Below the pieces are notes generated by a model, which did not search any database, was not told the origin of the DNA, and was given only the letters and a program-made list of their open reading frames with translations. A stretch of 64,000 nt of DNA from assembly GCA_946413585.1 (NCBI GenBank), contig CAMKLG010000010.1:437-64436 (forward strand), in the 5' to 3' direction. This stretch comes from an uncultured Bacteroidales bacterium. Its GTDB lineage: Bacteria; Bacteroidota; Bacteroidia; Bacteroidales; WCHB1-69. Below are positions 10,801-20,026 of this stretch, piece after piece. The stretch's first letter is position 1; each line of letters opens with the position of its first letter. The translations under genes and the position numbers were made by a program.

Positions 10801-12553
10801 TTGGAGTTCCTCCGCAGCTGAATTCACTGTCTATTACAAAAGTGAGGGGGACGATTATTACGAACAAGTTTCAAATATCACGGACACTTTCGTGGTGATT
10901 TCGAGTTTGTTTGGCGGTTACAACTGTCAATGGTACGTCACCGCCAATTGTAGCGACACTGTCCTCGCTTCCCTGCCGAGAACTTTTTCCACCCCTTGCA
11001 ACGAAATTCCTTTTATCATCCCACTCTCACCCTTCGAACAAGGCTTCGACCTCACCACAATCCCACTGGAAGTGCCACGCTGCTGGGTACGTCTCTCCTC
11101 CTTTATGCTGAACGCCTCGGAAATCTATCCCTCCGTGGATACCATTTACGAAAGGCATTCTTGGAACTTGCTGATGGCCGGTTTCGAGGGTTCCAACCTC
11201 ATCTCAATGCCCATATACTCCCAGCATCTTGATCATTACCGCCTCTATTTCAGCGCAAAAGCCGCCACCACCGAATCCAACAATCTGGAAGTCGGTGTAA
11301 TGGACTATCTCTCCCCGGATGCGGAGTTCCACGTCATCGCATCATTGAAGGCGCAAGACTACTTGGCTGAGTTGAACGCTTCCACTCCTTACATTCCTTT
11401 CGTGATGGATATGGATACCGTCGCCTACCATTCGGGATGGTTGGCGTTACGTTTGGTCTGCGACGACAACATTCTGAGCCAGTGGCACTTGGACGACTTC
11501 AAAGTGGCTCTTATCCCGGATTGTTCCGAACCGCTTTACTTAAGTGCCAGCAATATCACGTCCAACAGCGTGGATTTGTCGTGGGAAAGCAGTGCCGACA
11601 CTTTCGATCTTTTCTACGGATCTGTTAACGAAGAATATCTCCACCGTATCAATGGCATTACGCGAACCGATGGTGTTTACACGCTCTCCGGACTTAGTGG
11701 AGGGACTCATTACATCTGGTATGTAATCGCCCATTGCCCCGACAATGAACTAAGTGGACTTTCGCAAGAAGGAGAGTTCTTCACCGACTGCGGTGTCGTG
11801 AATTTGCTTCCCTATTTTGAAGGATTCGAATACGACATGGGATGCTGGGATTCAGAAATCATCGACGGATCAAACAACTGGATGATATTTAACAATAGTC
11901 AGTACGCTCACAGCGGTGACAACTGCGTCATCTTCTTGTACAATACCGATAACTCGGCCCGCCTCATTTCTCCTGTTTTTGACCTCAGCGGATATGAGAA
12001 TGTGAGATTAGGATATGCCCTTTATCTTCATTCTTACAACGACCATTATGATTCCGTAGGAGTCTATTATCGTACCTCTGCCACCACCCCATGGACATAT
12101 CTTTGCTCTCACACGGACAATATGGGTGTCAATAATTACATCTCACACAACATCCCCTTGCCCAACACCAACAGCGAATATCAGGTTATGTTCCTCGGCG
12201 AGGGTCTCGGCGGCAACTCCATCTTCCTCGACAACATTTGGGTGACAGGTTCCATCCACGATGATACAGACACCACCTCCACACATGACGGCATTGTCAA
12301 TCATCAGAGTGACAACCTCTTACTTTATCCAAACCCCGTTAACGATTTTGTTGAAATCCTTGTTAACAGCGAAGAGATCAACATAGCAGGAATGGAAGTT
12401 TATGACATTTACGGTAAATTAATCCGCACCACTGGATGTACAAATAATGTTTCACCCATCCATATCAACGTTTCCGATTTGTCCTCGGGGGTGTATTTCG
12501 TGCGCGTCCGCACCAACCGAGGCGTGGTCACGAAACGGTTTGTGAAGCAGTAA
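7805..12553 (+). CDS. Giant T9SS-secreted surface protein with alternating Cys-bracketed Fn3-like and beta-sandwich (MAM / choice-of-anchor-J-like) modules
   Basis: Start set at the ATG at 7805 (MLRKVFSILLFLTW...AQT signal peptide); the ORF-track start is a TTG. Repeated blocks C.P(P/E)..L.....T..SA.LSW and LPY...F...CW. The C-terminus YPNPVNDFVEI...GVYFVRVRTNRGVVTKRFVKQ is a typical T9SS type-A sorting domain. Confidence 0.8.
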   Translation: MLRKVFSILLFLTWCFVTTAQTFIPLSESFEGDFPPQGWTSLHTDGLTYWEQTSSTTYCNGAYNGSHFVMIGAGQGDNYLITPKLHPQAGDSIVFYMGIESAGYNLNNLTTVEISTSGNAPENFTAIRTLTVADFTSANTWHRFALSLSAYEGQNIYLAFHNIVSHGSMFGGGELYLDYVNGPTAEIPACTPPTALTSSNITGTSADLSWTSDAPEHIVYLRAAGETDYTAYPNATLDSVLHIFQLTELTENVTYQWYVAAICNDTLNSPVATFRTTSCHSLTSDDLPYFTTFDNLENLGDLPECWTRIEEVEFSPGTDVFFPGAFSASYLYAPWITGDTMLYFINQDGGRCWVSMPAVDVEVHQLRLRFSAKPYTNSAEYGRLEIGLLEDLADTSNFEIVQTIEAANLPSNNFIPYTISFGNTGISGPNRYICFRTIGQSEGTWHVDNLTLEAIPACNEPSGLAVNEVTATTASLSWIPGDDSQIQFFIHYRPLGDTAWQELEVFIFDSAFTELEGLRHSTTYEAYVTAPCAPQQSNLVTFTTGCLPIEAENLPYQMNFENTATYELPLCWTLLQGHNEYGHTYPCTHEGTTAYEGNHCLRFFANATDSNIVALPPIGENIQQLRIKFWLKPGGNMTPYGCMEIGLMSDLEDPSSFEVVRTITASQLSTSDYQFYKIPFHTATISGADRYIVFRCINSMNTTSGYAWYLDNLVVEHTPDCAEPENLTVTEVSPSSVGLTWTLDNPSPTPCTLYYSELGDTVWTAQSVDSALSTTIVNLSPSTTYTAFIAADCAPDQFSLPLYFTTDCPGITAAELPKVWDFENDNPAGTQTRPLPSCWKRAALPNGNVPYVLTDAVQALQGAKSLYFSNVEGYAILPPVDENLDLNTLQLSFMVRSSHIGNIDYTSRFEVGVMSNPLDINTFHAIRTFSISGGTYTPVEVSFANYSGEGKYMAIRQLEGTDSEAKGYIDMVTIDTVSDCERPYDLHEEILSESATRLIWSSSAAEFTVYYKSEGDDYYEQVSNITDTFVVISSLFGGYNCQWYVTANCSDTVLASLPRTFSTPCNEIPFIIPLSPFEQGFDLTTIPLEVPRCWVRLSSFMLNASEIYPSVDTIYERHSWNLLMAGFEGSNLISMPIYSQHLDHYRLYFSAKAATTESNNLEVGVMDYLSPDAEFHVIASLKAQDYLAELNASTPYIPFVMDMDTVAYHSGWLALRLVCDDNILSQWHLDDFKVALIPDCSEPLYLSASNITSNSVDLSWESSADTFDLFYGSVNEEYLHRINGITRTDGVYTLSGLSGGTHYIWYVIAHCPDNELSGLSQEGEFFTDCGVVNLLPYFEGFEYDMGCWDSEIIDGSNNWMIFNNSQYAHSGDNCVIFLYNTDNSARLISPVFDLSGYENVRLGYALYLHSYNDHYDSVGVYYRTSATTPWTYLCSHTDNMGVNNYISHNIPLPNTNSEYQVMFLGEGLGGNSIFLDNIWVTGSIHDDTDTTSTHDGIVNHQSDNLLLYPNPVNDFVEILVNSEEINIAGMEVYDIYGKLIRTTGCTNNVSPIHINVSDLSSGVYFVRVRTNRGVVTKRFVKQ

Positions 12554-12561
12554 TCGCGATT

Positions 12562-13368
12562 TTAGAACTCGACAGAGCGCAAACTCACCTCATAATAATG
12601 CTTTGGCTTTATATGTGGGGTGAGTTTTTCTGTTAGAAACGTTTCCGGAATGTAGATGGCGCACATCGTGTTGGCCACTTGATAAAGATTTTGACGTTTC
12701 TCTTCTGGGGTTCCTTCCCAAATGGCACTCAACACACTCCAACGGATAGTCTCAGGATCGTACCCATAATCATGCCACACAATCACCGACTTTTCATCCC
12801 GTAACAGCTCGAAGGCATTCTGCGTATCCTTCTTAACGGCTTCGCAATGATGGTCGCCATCAATGAAAACAAGATCGCACTGATGGTGATACGGCGTAAA
12901 GTCAAAAGTCTGCGAGTTGCCATGTAAGTGAGTTACATTGTCCAGATTTTTGGAAAACATCTCATGCGCATCGGCATAATTCGGATCATCCGAGAAAGCT
13001 AGAATCTCTTCGCGGGAGAGATTTAACGTCACGCAGTAGGGAACCACCGAAGCCACATTGGCTACACTTTCTCCTCGCCATGTACCGATTTCAAAGTAAC
13101 TTTGCGCATTCTGTCTGCGCGCGATAGACTTCAGCAATGCAATATCGATGGGCATGGTTGCACCAGAGAGGTAAGCATACGGCGAAATCGTTTCCTGAAA
13201 ACCAGGGAACAGATCCTCTAGATGTAGCAACGGCAGGCCGTTACCCAATCCGTACTTCCTCGATAGTTCTTCTTTATAGACATCCTCGCTCTCCAGCACC
13301 AAATTGAGCAGATATGGATGTCTGAAGAGTAGTTTCAATGCGCGAAAACCTTTTTGGACTTTATTCAT
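12562..13368 (-). CDS. Class I SAM-dependent methyltransferase
   Basis: 268 aa. Motif I-like YFEIGTWRGES and the downstream acidic motif DLVFIDGDH. Confidence 0.6.
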   Translation of the reverse strand: MNKVQKGFRALKLLFRHPYLLNLVLESEDVYKEELSRKYGLGNGLPLLHLEDLFPGFQETISPYAYLSGATMPIDIALLKSIARRQNAQSYFEIGTWRGESVANVASVVPYCVTLNLSREEILAFSDDPNYADAHEMFSKNLDNVTHLHGNSQTFDFTPYHHQCDLVFIDGDHHCEAVKKDTQNAFELLRDEKSVIVWHDYGYDPETIRWSVLSAIWEGTPEEKRQNLYQVANTMCAIYIPETFLTEKLTPHIKPKHYYEVSLRSVEF

Positions 13369-13375
13369 AGTGAGT

Positions 13376-14653
13376 TTATTTCAGGTAATGGTTCTTGATT
13401 TCAACAAAATATTCCTTTAATTCAGAAGGAGTTAACAACAATTCTTTGGGTTTGAAGTTGGATTCTCTGAGGAAGCAGACCAGCAAGAAAACCGCGTTGA
13501 GGGAATAGGCCACCGAAGCGGTGATGGCCGCACCCGTGGTGGCCATGCGGGGCACCAAGACAAAACCGCCGGACAGCGTGGCCAACAGCCCGCACAACGC
13601 CGCCAACGTGTTCATGAAATAGCGTCCCGAACCAGAATAGTAGTGTCCGAGAATCAGGAAAATGCTGTAACAAAGCACTCCGGGAGCCAAAATGCGGATA
13701 ATGTGCGACATATCCCCGAACTCTGGTCCGAAAACGAATGTATAGAGCGACGACGGCAGTAACGCCAACACTACCACCGCTGCCAAAGAGACCACGAAGC
13801 AGAGTTTCCCAAGGTTCAAAGTCAGCTTTTGATTGTACTCTTTATCGGTACTGTTGGAAATGCGGGCATACTGAACCAGCGCGATACTGTTGGAAATAAT
13901 CCATATCGATTCAGCCAAAGACACCGAATTGGAATAGACACCCACATGCGCAGTATCCACATACGCATTCAGCAGATAATAGCTCAGCCGAAGATTGAAG
14001 AATTGCACAAAATGTCCCGTTTGATTCAAAAAGCCGTACTTAAACAAATCTTTCAACGCCTCTTTATATTCACCGAATGGATACCAACGTAACGACTTGT
14101 ATTCTTCGCGTAGTTGGAAAAAGCCCAATATTGATGAACTCAAGTATGCTACATATAATGCAATAATATATCCGAAAATGTCACGTTTGCCTAAAAGCAA
14201 GTAATACACCGCCAGCGTCAACAAAAGCATGAAGGGCTGTAAAAGGGTGTTGGCATTGGCTTTTTTTACCTCTTCATTTCCTAACAAAATGCGGAAATGG
14301 ATATTGGCAAAAGAGGAGACAAACGAAAGTATGGCCGTGTGCACCGCAAGAGAAAAGTCCAGTCCTGGTGTCACGAGACTGATTATCAACCCCATCACGG
14401 CAGCCATCAGCAATGCCCAAAGGATAGAAGGCAAGCATAGTTTGGAAAAGGAATGTCGGGAGGTGAGATAGACGAGGCTGGCGCCGCACACAATCTCGGA
14501 GAAAATCAGGATGAAGCTGATATTTGTCAGCACCAGCGACTGCACTCCCTTCCCGCTGTCACCCAACACTTGCGATATAAGAATGGCTATCGTCAAATTG
14601 ATGATCGCCACCAGTATTTTCGTACCAAATGTATTGAGAATCTTTCCGAACAT
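13376..14653 (-). CDS. Polysaccharide/oligosaccharide flippase (MOP/Wzx-like superfamily)
   Basis: 425 aa with about 12 predicted TM segments, adjacent to glycosyltransferases. Confidence 0.65.
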   Translation of the reverse strand: MFGKILNTFGTKILVAIINLTIAILISQVLGDSGKGVQSLVLTNISFILIFSEIVCGASLVYLTSRHSFSKLCLPSILWALLMAAVMGLIISLVTPGLDFSLAVHTAILSFVSSFANIHFRILLGNEEVKKANANTLLQPFMLLLTLAVYYLLLGKRDIFGYIIALYVAYLSSSILGFFQLREEYKSLRWYPFGEYKEALKDLFKYGFLNQTGHFVQFFNLRLSYYLLNAYVDTAHVGVYSNSVSLAESIWIISNSIALVQYARISNSTDKEYNQKLTLNLGKLCFVVSLAAVVVLALLPSSLYTFVFGPEFGDMSHIIRILAPGVLCYSIFLILGHYYSGSGRYFMNTLAALCGLLATLSGGFVLVPRMATTGAAITASVAYSLNAVFLLVCFLRESNFKPKELLLTPSELKEYFVEIKNHYLK

Positions 14654-14670
14654 AAGCCCATATTCGGCGG

Positions 14671-14678
14671 CAAAGATA
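14671..14678 (-). promoter_or_regulatory. -7 promoter box (minus strand), left arm of a perfect palindrome
   Basis: CAAAGATA on the + strand equals TATCTTTG on the minus strand, 18 nt upstream of the ATG at 14653. Confidence 0.6.
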
Positions 14679-14700
14679 CAATTATTTCAGAAAATAATTG

Positions 14701-14708
14701 TATCTTTG
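14701..14708 (+). promoter_or_regulatory. -7 promoter box, right arm of a perfect palindrome
   Basis: TATCTTTG lies 43 nt upstream of the ATG at 14751. Confidence 0.6.
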
Positions 14709-14750
14709 CGGCGGAAATCTTACCGTCGTAATCCGCTTTGAATTTAGCCT

Positions 14751-15857
14751 ATGCTGATCGTCCACATACCCTCTTGGTTCCCCATACCGGAAAAGCCGCT
14801 GAACGGCAACTTCATTTTCCGACACATTGAATCCTTGGGAGACAACGTGCAATCTGTCATTTTTCACCATGTTCATGACGGGTTCACCCCACAAATTCCC
14901 CAAGACGCTGTATTATTTCCCATTTCCGTCAAGAGTTCTGGCAAATTCGGGCTATTACAGGATTACCTGACCGCTTTCGACCAGCTGGTTCGTCAATATG
15001 GCAAGCCCGACATTCTGCATTTGCACGTGGCACTACCGTTAGGGCCTTTGGCAGTGAAAATCAGCCGGAAATACCATATCCCCTTGATTGTCAGCGAACA
15101 TTGGACAGGCTATCTGCCCATGAACCGACCGAAACTGCCGCTCAGTTCCCGCGTGATTTTGCGCCATACGTTCCGTCACGCCACGCACATCACCGCCGTC
15201 TCGCAAAATCTCCTCGACAACATCTGTCTCACCGCACCCACCGCCGCAGAGAAACCGCAAACAGTAGTCGGCAATGTGGTGGACACCAACCTCTTCTCCC
15301 TTAAAGACAACCACTTACAAACTTCCAAAAAACAGATATTGCACGTCTCCACTCTGGACAACGACGCGAAAAACATTATGGGCATCTTGCACGCAGTGAA
15401 GGTTTTATCGTTGCAACGTTCTGACTTTGAATTGAACATTGTCCATGATTTCGAGAACAAAGAGGCTGAAGAGTTCGTAATCACAAACGGAATTTCTGAC
15501 ATCGTCCACTTTTTAGGTCGCAAGAGTTCTTCGGAGATTGCGGATTTGCTGCATCATTCGGTTTGTTTCCTGCTCTTCTCCAATTACGAAAACCAACCAT
15601 GCGTATTGCTGGAATCCTTCTGCACGGGCACGCCCGTGGTGACCACGCCTGTAGGCGGCATATTGGAAATCACCAACGATGACAACGCCCTCATCGTTCC
15701 GCCCAAAGACGAACCTCAACTTATTGAAAAGCTGAACACTATGCTCGACAACGCACATAATTATGAGCCCGAACGCATTCGGAGACAAGCTTTGGAAATT
15801 TGTTCGCCAGCGGTAATTGGAAATAAATGGCTGGAATTATACCACCTCCTCCATTAG
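14751..15857 (+). CDS. Glycosyltransferase family 4 (GT-B, GT1-type C-terminal domain)
   Basis: 368 aa. C-terminal E(x7)E-like region LFSNYENQPCVLLESFCTGTPVVTTPVGG. Confidence 0.75.
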   Translation: MLIVHIPSWFPIPEKPLNGNFIFRHIESLGDNVQSVIFHHVHDGFTPQIPQDAVLFPISVKSSGKFGLLQDYLTAFDQLVRQYGKPDILHLHVALPLGPLAVKISRKYHIPLIVSEHWTGYLPMNRPKLPLSSRVILRHTFRHATHITAVSQNLLDNICLTAPTAAEKPQTVVGNVVDTNLFSLKDNHLQTSKKQILHVSTLDNDAKNIMGILHAVKVLSLQRSDFELNIVHDFENKEAEEFVITNGISDIVHFLGRKSSSEIADLLHHSVCFLLFSNYENQPCVLLESFCTGTPVVTTPVGGILEITNDDNALIVPPKDEPQLIEKLNTMLDNAHNYEPERIRRQALEICSPAVIGNKWLELYHLLH

Positions 15858-16519
15858 GTAATCTGCACCAACTTTACCTTTTCAAAATTGCGCAATATTG
15901 AAGAAATCCCTTTGATATTGTCGTATTTTCTCATCCGTATCTCTATGGACACCAACATTTCACCATCATTCTCTTCCGCTTCTTGGTGCATTTCGTAATT
16001 CAGGATAGTGATCTTTTCCTTGCGAAGGCTCTCCAACACATCGGTCAGCACGTTGTAATTTTCGACCAAGAAGGTAATTGTGCGCTCTTTTTGAGCAAAA
16101 TAAGGCAGATAGATGTTGATGACACCCAGAGAAACCAGCACTAACACTGTAGTGACAAGCGCGATGACGTACATGCCAATACCGCAGGCCAGACCGATAG
16201 CTGCGGTGACCCAAAGTCCAGCGGCGGTAGTCAACCCACGAACCACCTGCTTTTGCAGGATAATGGTGCCTGCCCCAATAAAGCCGATACCGGTAACCAC
16301 CTGAGACGCAATGCGTGACGGGTCAAAACTGGTATGCTCTTTCGCCAAAAAAGCGTCAAAACCGTATGCTGATAGAATCATGAAGAGACAGGAGCCAAGG
16401 GCTACGAGCAGATGAGTGCGAATGCCCGCCTCTTTAGCGTGATATTCGCGCTCAAGGCCAATGGCCGCCCCCATCACGATTGCCGCCAACAGCCGCCACA
16501 AAAACTCCATTTCCATCAT
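15854..16519 (-). CDS. MgtC/SapB family membrane protein
   Basis: 221 aa. GIRTHLLVALGSCLFM and GIGFIGAGTI motifs, followed by a C-terminal ACT-like soluble domain. Confidence 0.85.
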   Translation of the reverse strand: MMEMEFLWRLLAAIVMGAAIGLEREYHAKEAGIRTHLLVALGSCLFMILSAYGFDAFLAKEHTSFDPSRIASQVVTGIGFIGAGTIILQKQVVRGLTTAAGLWVTAAIGLACGIGMYVIALVTTVLVLVSLGVINIYLPYFAQKERTITFLVENYNVLTDVLESLRKEKITILNYEMHQEAEENDGEMLVSIEIRMRKYDNIKGISSILRNFEKVKLVQIT

Positions 16520-16520
16520 G

Positions 16521-17579
16521 TTAACGTTTCCCCGGGAACTCTGGTGATTCGTAGTAATATCTGAAATTCAGACGTTTAGTCCGATTGCTCAGCACCAACG
16601 TGTCTTCATTGTGTTCCGTAGCACTCATCATCAAATCCACGTATGCGTAGTTGCGGGAGCCCAACAAGCCATACGCCGATTCATTCTCGGAGACGAAATT
16701 GGTATATTCCAATCGATTGGAGACAATACTGCTGTTCGGCGAGGCCACTTCTCTGTATGTCAGGTAGTGGTCATCGCCACCCCATACAGTAAGACGCATA
16801 CAATAATAGGGTCTTCCTGCAACGGTGTCAATATATCGTGTGACATTCGGATTCGTTTCGATGACTTGGATGATGGTGTTGAAAAAGGACTCCGGCGTGA
16901 AACCTGCATATAAAACATCGGACGAAGTAGTGGCCCGGATGTAATCAGAGTTCAACTTTTTGGTAATCTTTTTATGTACTATTTCACCCGTTTGATTATC
17001 AACTTCAATATAATAGAAGTCCAGGAAGATATCATAAAAAGCGGCATTCTCCGCAGAGTAGAATTTCATACGATACGGCTGGTTCAAATTCATATTCCAC
17101 GACGACTTAGGGTTGGTAATCGAGAAATCGTGCACCATCATCGTCTCCGCATAGACCTCCTGACCATCACTATGGCGGCGAATCACCAAACGATAGGTCA
17201 TTTCGGGATCCAACGTCCAATCAGAAAAATACAATAACTGCTTGGGATTATGGAAGTAACCTTCCTCCTTGGGAATGGCTGTGGTCGTGTCAAGTATCGC
17301 ACTGCGAACTAATTTGCCATTATTATACTCCTCAAAACGCACCTCGATGGAATCCACAGGATAGTAAATCTGATCCCAGTTTTGAGCCTCCACGTATGCG
17401 TTTTGGTCGGTAATATAACCACGGTATATTTTGAAATAATGGACATTATCCTTCACGTTAAGGATGCCGTAAGAAATGGTAATATCCTTATAATCAGCTG
17501 TCAAATCCAATTTTTGGCAGCGGCTGAAAAGCAATGCGGCGGCCACTAAAGCAAGCCCAAAAACTATCGATTTCTTCAT
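16521..17579 (-). CDS. Hypothetical lipoprotein
   Basis: 352 aa. Signal peptide with lipobox-like LLFSRC. No family recognised. 1-nt spacer to mgtC and 2-nt spacer to the upstream OM barrel gene. Confidence 0.5.
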   Translation of the reverse strand: MKKSIVFGLALVAAALLFSRCQKLDLTADYKDITISYGILNVKDNVHYFKIYRGYITDQNAYVEAQNWDQIYYPVDSIEVRFEEYNNGKLVRSAILDTTTAIPKEEGYFHNPKQLLYFSDWTLDPEMTYRLVIRRHSDGQEVYAETMMVHDFSITNPKSSWNMNLNQPYRMKFYSAENAAFYDIFLDFYYIEVDNQTGEIVHKKITKKLNSDYIRATTSSDVLYAGFTPESFFNTIIQVIETNPNVTRYIDTVAGRPYYCMRLTVWGGDDHYLTYREVASPNSSIVSNRLEYTNFVSENESAYGLLGSRNYAYVDLMMSATEHNEDTLVLSNRTKRLNFRYYYESPEFPGKR

Positions 17580-17581
17580 TA

Positions 17582-18382
17582 TTAGTCGTTATAATCCGGA
17601 ATCTCGCGCAACCATTTAGTACCCATAATTTGACCGTATTTGTTCACGCGGGTATTCTTGTAAAATTTCTGATTAATGTAATATACTAACCTCGCCGAAA
17701 GCATGTGGTTGTGAAATTTCTGAACTTCTGTCACCGTTGTGCCATCATTGAGAACGAAAACATACTCCATCGTGCGAATCGGCACTATGGAATACTCCCA
17801 ACGGAAGTTCAGGTTCAGATTCTTGTAAAGTCGTATGTTGACATCGGCAACAACAGACCAGTCGTTTTTGCTATAGACCCCCGATCGCACGGTCGTGGTG
17901 CGGGTAAAGCCGTTATAAATCTCATGTGCGCGCACCAAACGCCCCCATGCGAAACCCAGTCCAAATGTACATCCTGAATAACGTTCCTCATAATGTATCA
18001 GAACTGGAACTTGCACATAGTCAAGGGAAATGTTGCATTTCGTCTTCGGATCGAACGGCACATTACGATCCACATCCGTGTACATAGAAGGAGCATAAAA
18101 AGCCGTATCGAAATAACCAGGGGAACAATGTTTTACAGATCCTTTTTGGGAGTAGAGCAACTCCACGGAAAGTTGCCATGACTCTTTCTTATTGAGCGCA
18201 ATGGTCAGGCCAAGACCGGCATTCGCACCCGGTTTGTAGAAACCATGCACGCCGTCGCCTTCTATCTGCGCAAAATTACAACCTGCCACCACAGACCCAA
18301 CAAATCTCTGTGCATCAACATTTTGCGTCATAAACACACAAAACACGATGCCTATCAAAACACGTATGATATTATTATTCAT
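17582..18382 (-). CDS. Outer-membrane beta-barrel protein (small porin-like family)
   Basis: Signal peptide MNNNIIRVLIGIVFCVFMTQNVDAQ and alternating beta-strand pattern. The ORF-track start (18391) is a TTG; the ATG at 18382 is preferred. Confidence 0.55.
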   Translation of the reverse strand: MNNNIIRVLIGIVFCVFMTQNVDAQRFVGSVVAGCNFAQIEGDGVHGFYKPGANAGLGLTIALNKKESWQLSVELLYSQKGSVKHCSPGYFDTAFYAPSMYTDVDRNVPFDPKTKCNISLDYVQVPVLIHYEERYSGCTFGLGFAWGRLVRAHEIYNGFTRTTTVRSGVYSKNDWSVVADVNIRLYKNLNLNFRWEYSIVPIRTMEYVFVLNDGTTVTEVQKFHNHMLSARLVYYINQKFYKNTRVNKYGQIMGTKWLREIPDYND

Positions 18383-18442
18383 CTTTGTCAAAAATTACGG
18401 CGCGAAAATACACTTTTTTAATTGATAACGGGTGATGGAAAA

Positions 18443-19216
18443 TTAATCGTCACCGCGCACCGACGGATGAGAAAGCTGATATAAGATTGAATACTTGAGG
18501 AATGTATAGTAGGCCGACATGCGACAGACGGTGTAGCCTGCTTGCCCGTCAAGAAATCCAAGCTTGAAAATGTAATTGCGTATAAAATTCCATTTTGGGC
18601 GCAACCAAACACCAAGGTTGCCGACCTGTTTGCCAGCATCGTATGCCTTTTGGGCGGCAAGCGTGGCATACCTTATCTGTCGTTCGGCGTGCTCCTCAAC
18701 CGAATAGTAGCTATAGTGATAGAGATCGCCAGACAAATGACGGGTCTGGAGGTCGGAAGGATTCGTCACGAGCTTTTCGTGCACAAGTCCGTCCCAGCGA
18801 GCGGCACCGGCAGGGAAAACGCGCACGACCTTGTCAGGGTACCATCCGCAGTGGTGAATCCAATGGCCACAGTAGTTAGTGAGCCTGTTGAAACTGTAAA
18901 GGGCGGGCTGCGCTTCCTCTTGTTTCCATTGCAAGAGACTTTGGCGCAGCATGGGCGAAAGGGCTTCGTCAGCATCAATGCTGAGTATCCATGGATAGGA
19001 GGCCAGACTGTTGGCGTAGTTTTTCTGGGCCGCATAGCCTTCCCAGTCGTGATGTTCAAAGTGCGCACCTGCCTGCCGACAGATGGTTTCCGTAGCATCC
19101 GTGGAGCCACTGTCAATAACGATGACTTCGTCTGCCAATCCTTGTAAAGAGTCAAGACATCGCCCGATGTTACGCTCTTCGTTATGGGTTATGATGATAG
19201 CTGAAAGTTGGTTCAT
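18443..19216 (-). CDS. Glycosyltransferase family 2 (LPS-core type)
   Basis: 257 aa. N-terminal IIITHNEERNIGRCLDSL...VIVIDSGSTD and a DADE (DxD-like) motif. Confidence 0.8.
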   Translation of the reverse strand: MNQLSAIIITHNEERNIGRCLDSLQGLADEVIVIDSGSTDATETICRQAGAHFEHHDWEGYAAQKNYANSLASYPWILSIDADEALSPMLRQSLLQWKQEEAQPALYSFNRLTNYCGHWIHHCGWYPDKVVRVFPAGAARWDGLVHEKLVTNPSDLQTRHLSGDLYHYSYYSVEEHAERQIRYATLAAQKAYDAGKQVGNLGVWLRPKWNFIRNYIFKLGFLDGQAGYTVCRMSAYYTFLKYSILYQLSHPSVRGDD

Positions 19217-19902
19217 AGTTCTCTCTTAATTCCACGGCGAATGACAATGGCGGGATTGCCGGCAAGCACCGTTTGGGGTTCTTCGTAGCGACCCGACAGC
19301 CGGGCACCAGCGGAAACAGTGGTCTCGTCGGGCAACGAAGTTCCTTTGGAGACTATTACGTGGCATCCCATCCACACGTTGTCGCCGAAGTGTATTTCGC
19401 GGTCGGGATTGACACGCCGGCCTTCCGCATCTATAAGCGGATGTTGGTCCGTGTCCATGAGGGTACAGCACCAAGAGATAAGGTCGTTTGCGCCAAAGGT
19501 CATGGCTTTGTGACAGACGAGCAAGGACCGCGGACCGAAGTTAAATAGCGGTCCCAGAGACAAGACGGCTCCTTCGGCCACCTCGACACTGCAACCAGCC
19601 CCGAACGTGCATTCTCCCGTAATCGTAAGGATGCCCCGCAAGTTAAGATGCGTGCGGTCGCGGCGAAAATCCGTCCCTTGGTAGGTGCCGAAACCTATTT
19701 TGACAAGGCCTATGCGGAGGTTCTCACAATGGAGTTCAACTCGCCCCGAAAGGTTTTCAATAACAGCACGATGGGAAACGAGCAAGGGCAGATGCCATGC
19801 TTGCCGCCAAGGAAGTAAGCGCAAATTGATGATCACGCTACGTGGCAAGGCCAAAAGGTAGCGCCATGCCGTGAGTCTTTTCTTGCGGTGACGTTCGTTC
19901 AT
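19213..19902 (-). CDS. Hexapeptide-repeat (left-handed beta-helix) acyl/acetyltransferase
   Basis: 229 aa. GDNVWMGCHVIVSKGTSLPDETTVSAGARL hexapeptide pattern. 4-nt overlap with the downstream GT2 gene. Confidence 0.7.
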   Translation of the reverse strand: MNERHRKKRLTAWRYLLALPRSVIINLRLLPWRQAWHLPLLVSHRAVIENLSGRVELHCENLRIGLVKIGFGTYQGTDFRRDRTHLNLRGILTITGECTFGAGCSVEVAEGAVLSLGPLFNFGPRSLLVCHKAMTFGANDLISWCCTLMDTDQHPLIDAEGRRVNPDREIHFGDNVWMGCHVIVSKGTSLPDETTVSAGARLSGRYEEPQTVLAGNPAIVIRRGIKREL

Positions 19903-19946
19903 ATTGGCCGCGAAAATACATTTTTTTTCAATATCGCAAAAAAATG

Positions 19947-19954
19947 TATTTTTG
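19947..19954 (+). promoter_or_regulatory. -7 promoter box (TAnnTTTG)
   Basis: TATTTTTG sits inside the inverted repeat CGCAAAAA...TTTTTGCG (19935-19956), 73 nt upstream of the ATG at 20027. Confidence 0.5.
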
Positions 19955-20026
19955 CGCTGTTTTTCCTTGTAAGGACATTACGTTTTTTCCATAACAAACG
20001 AAAATTGTTATACAAAAGCGCGAAAT

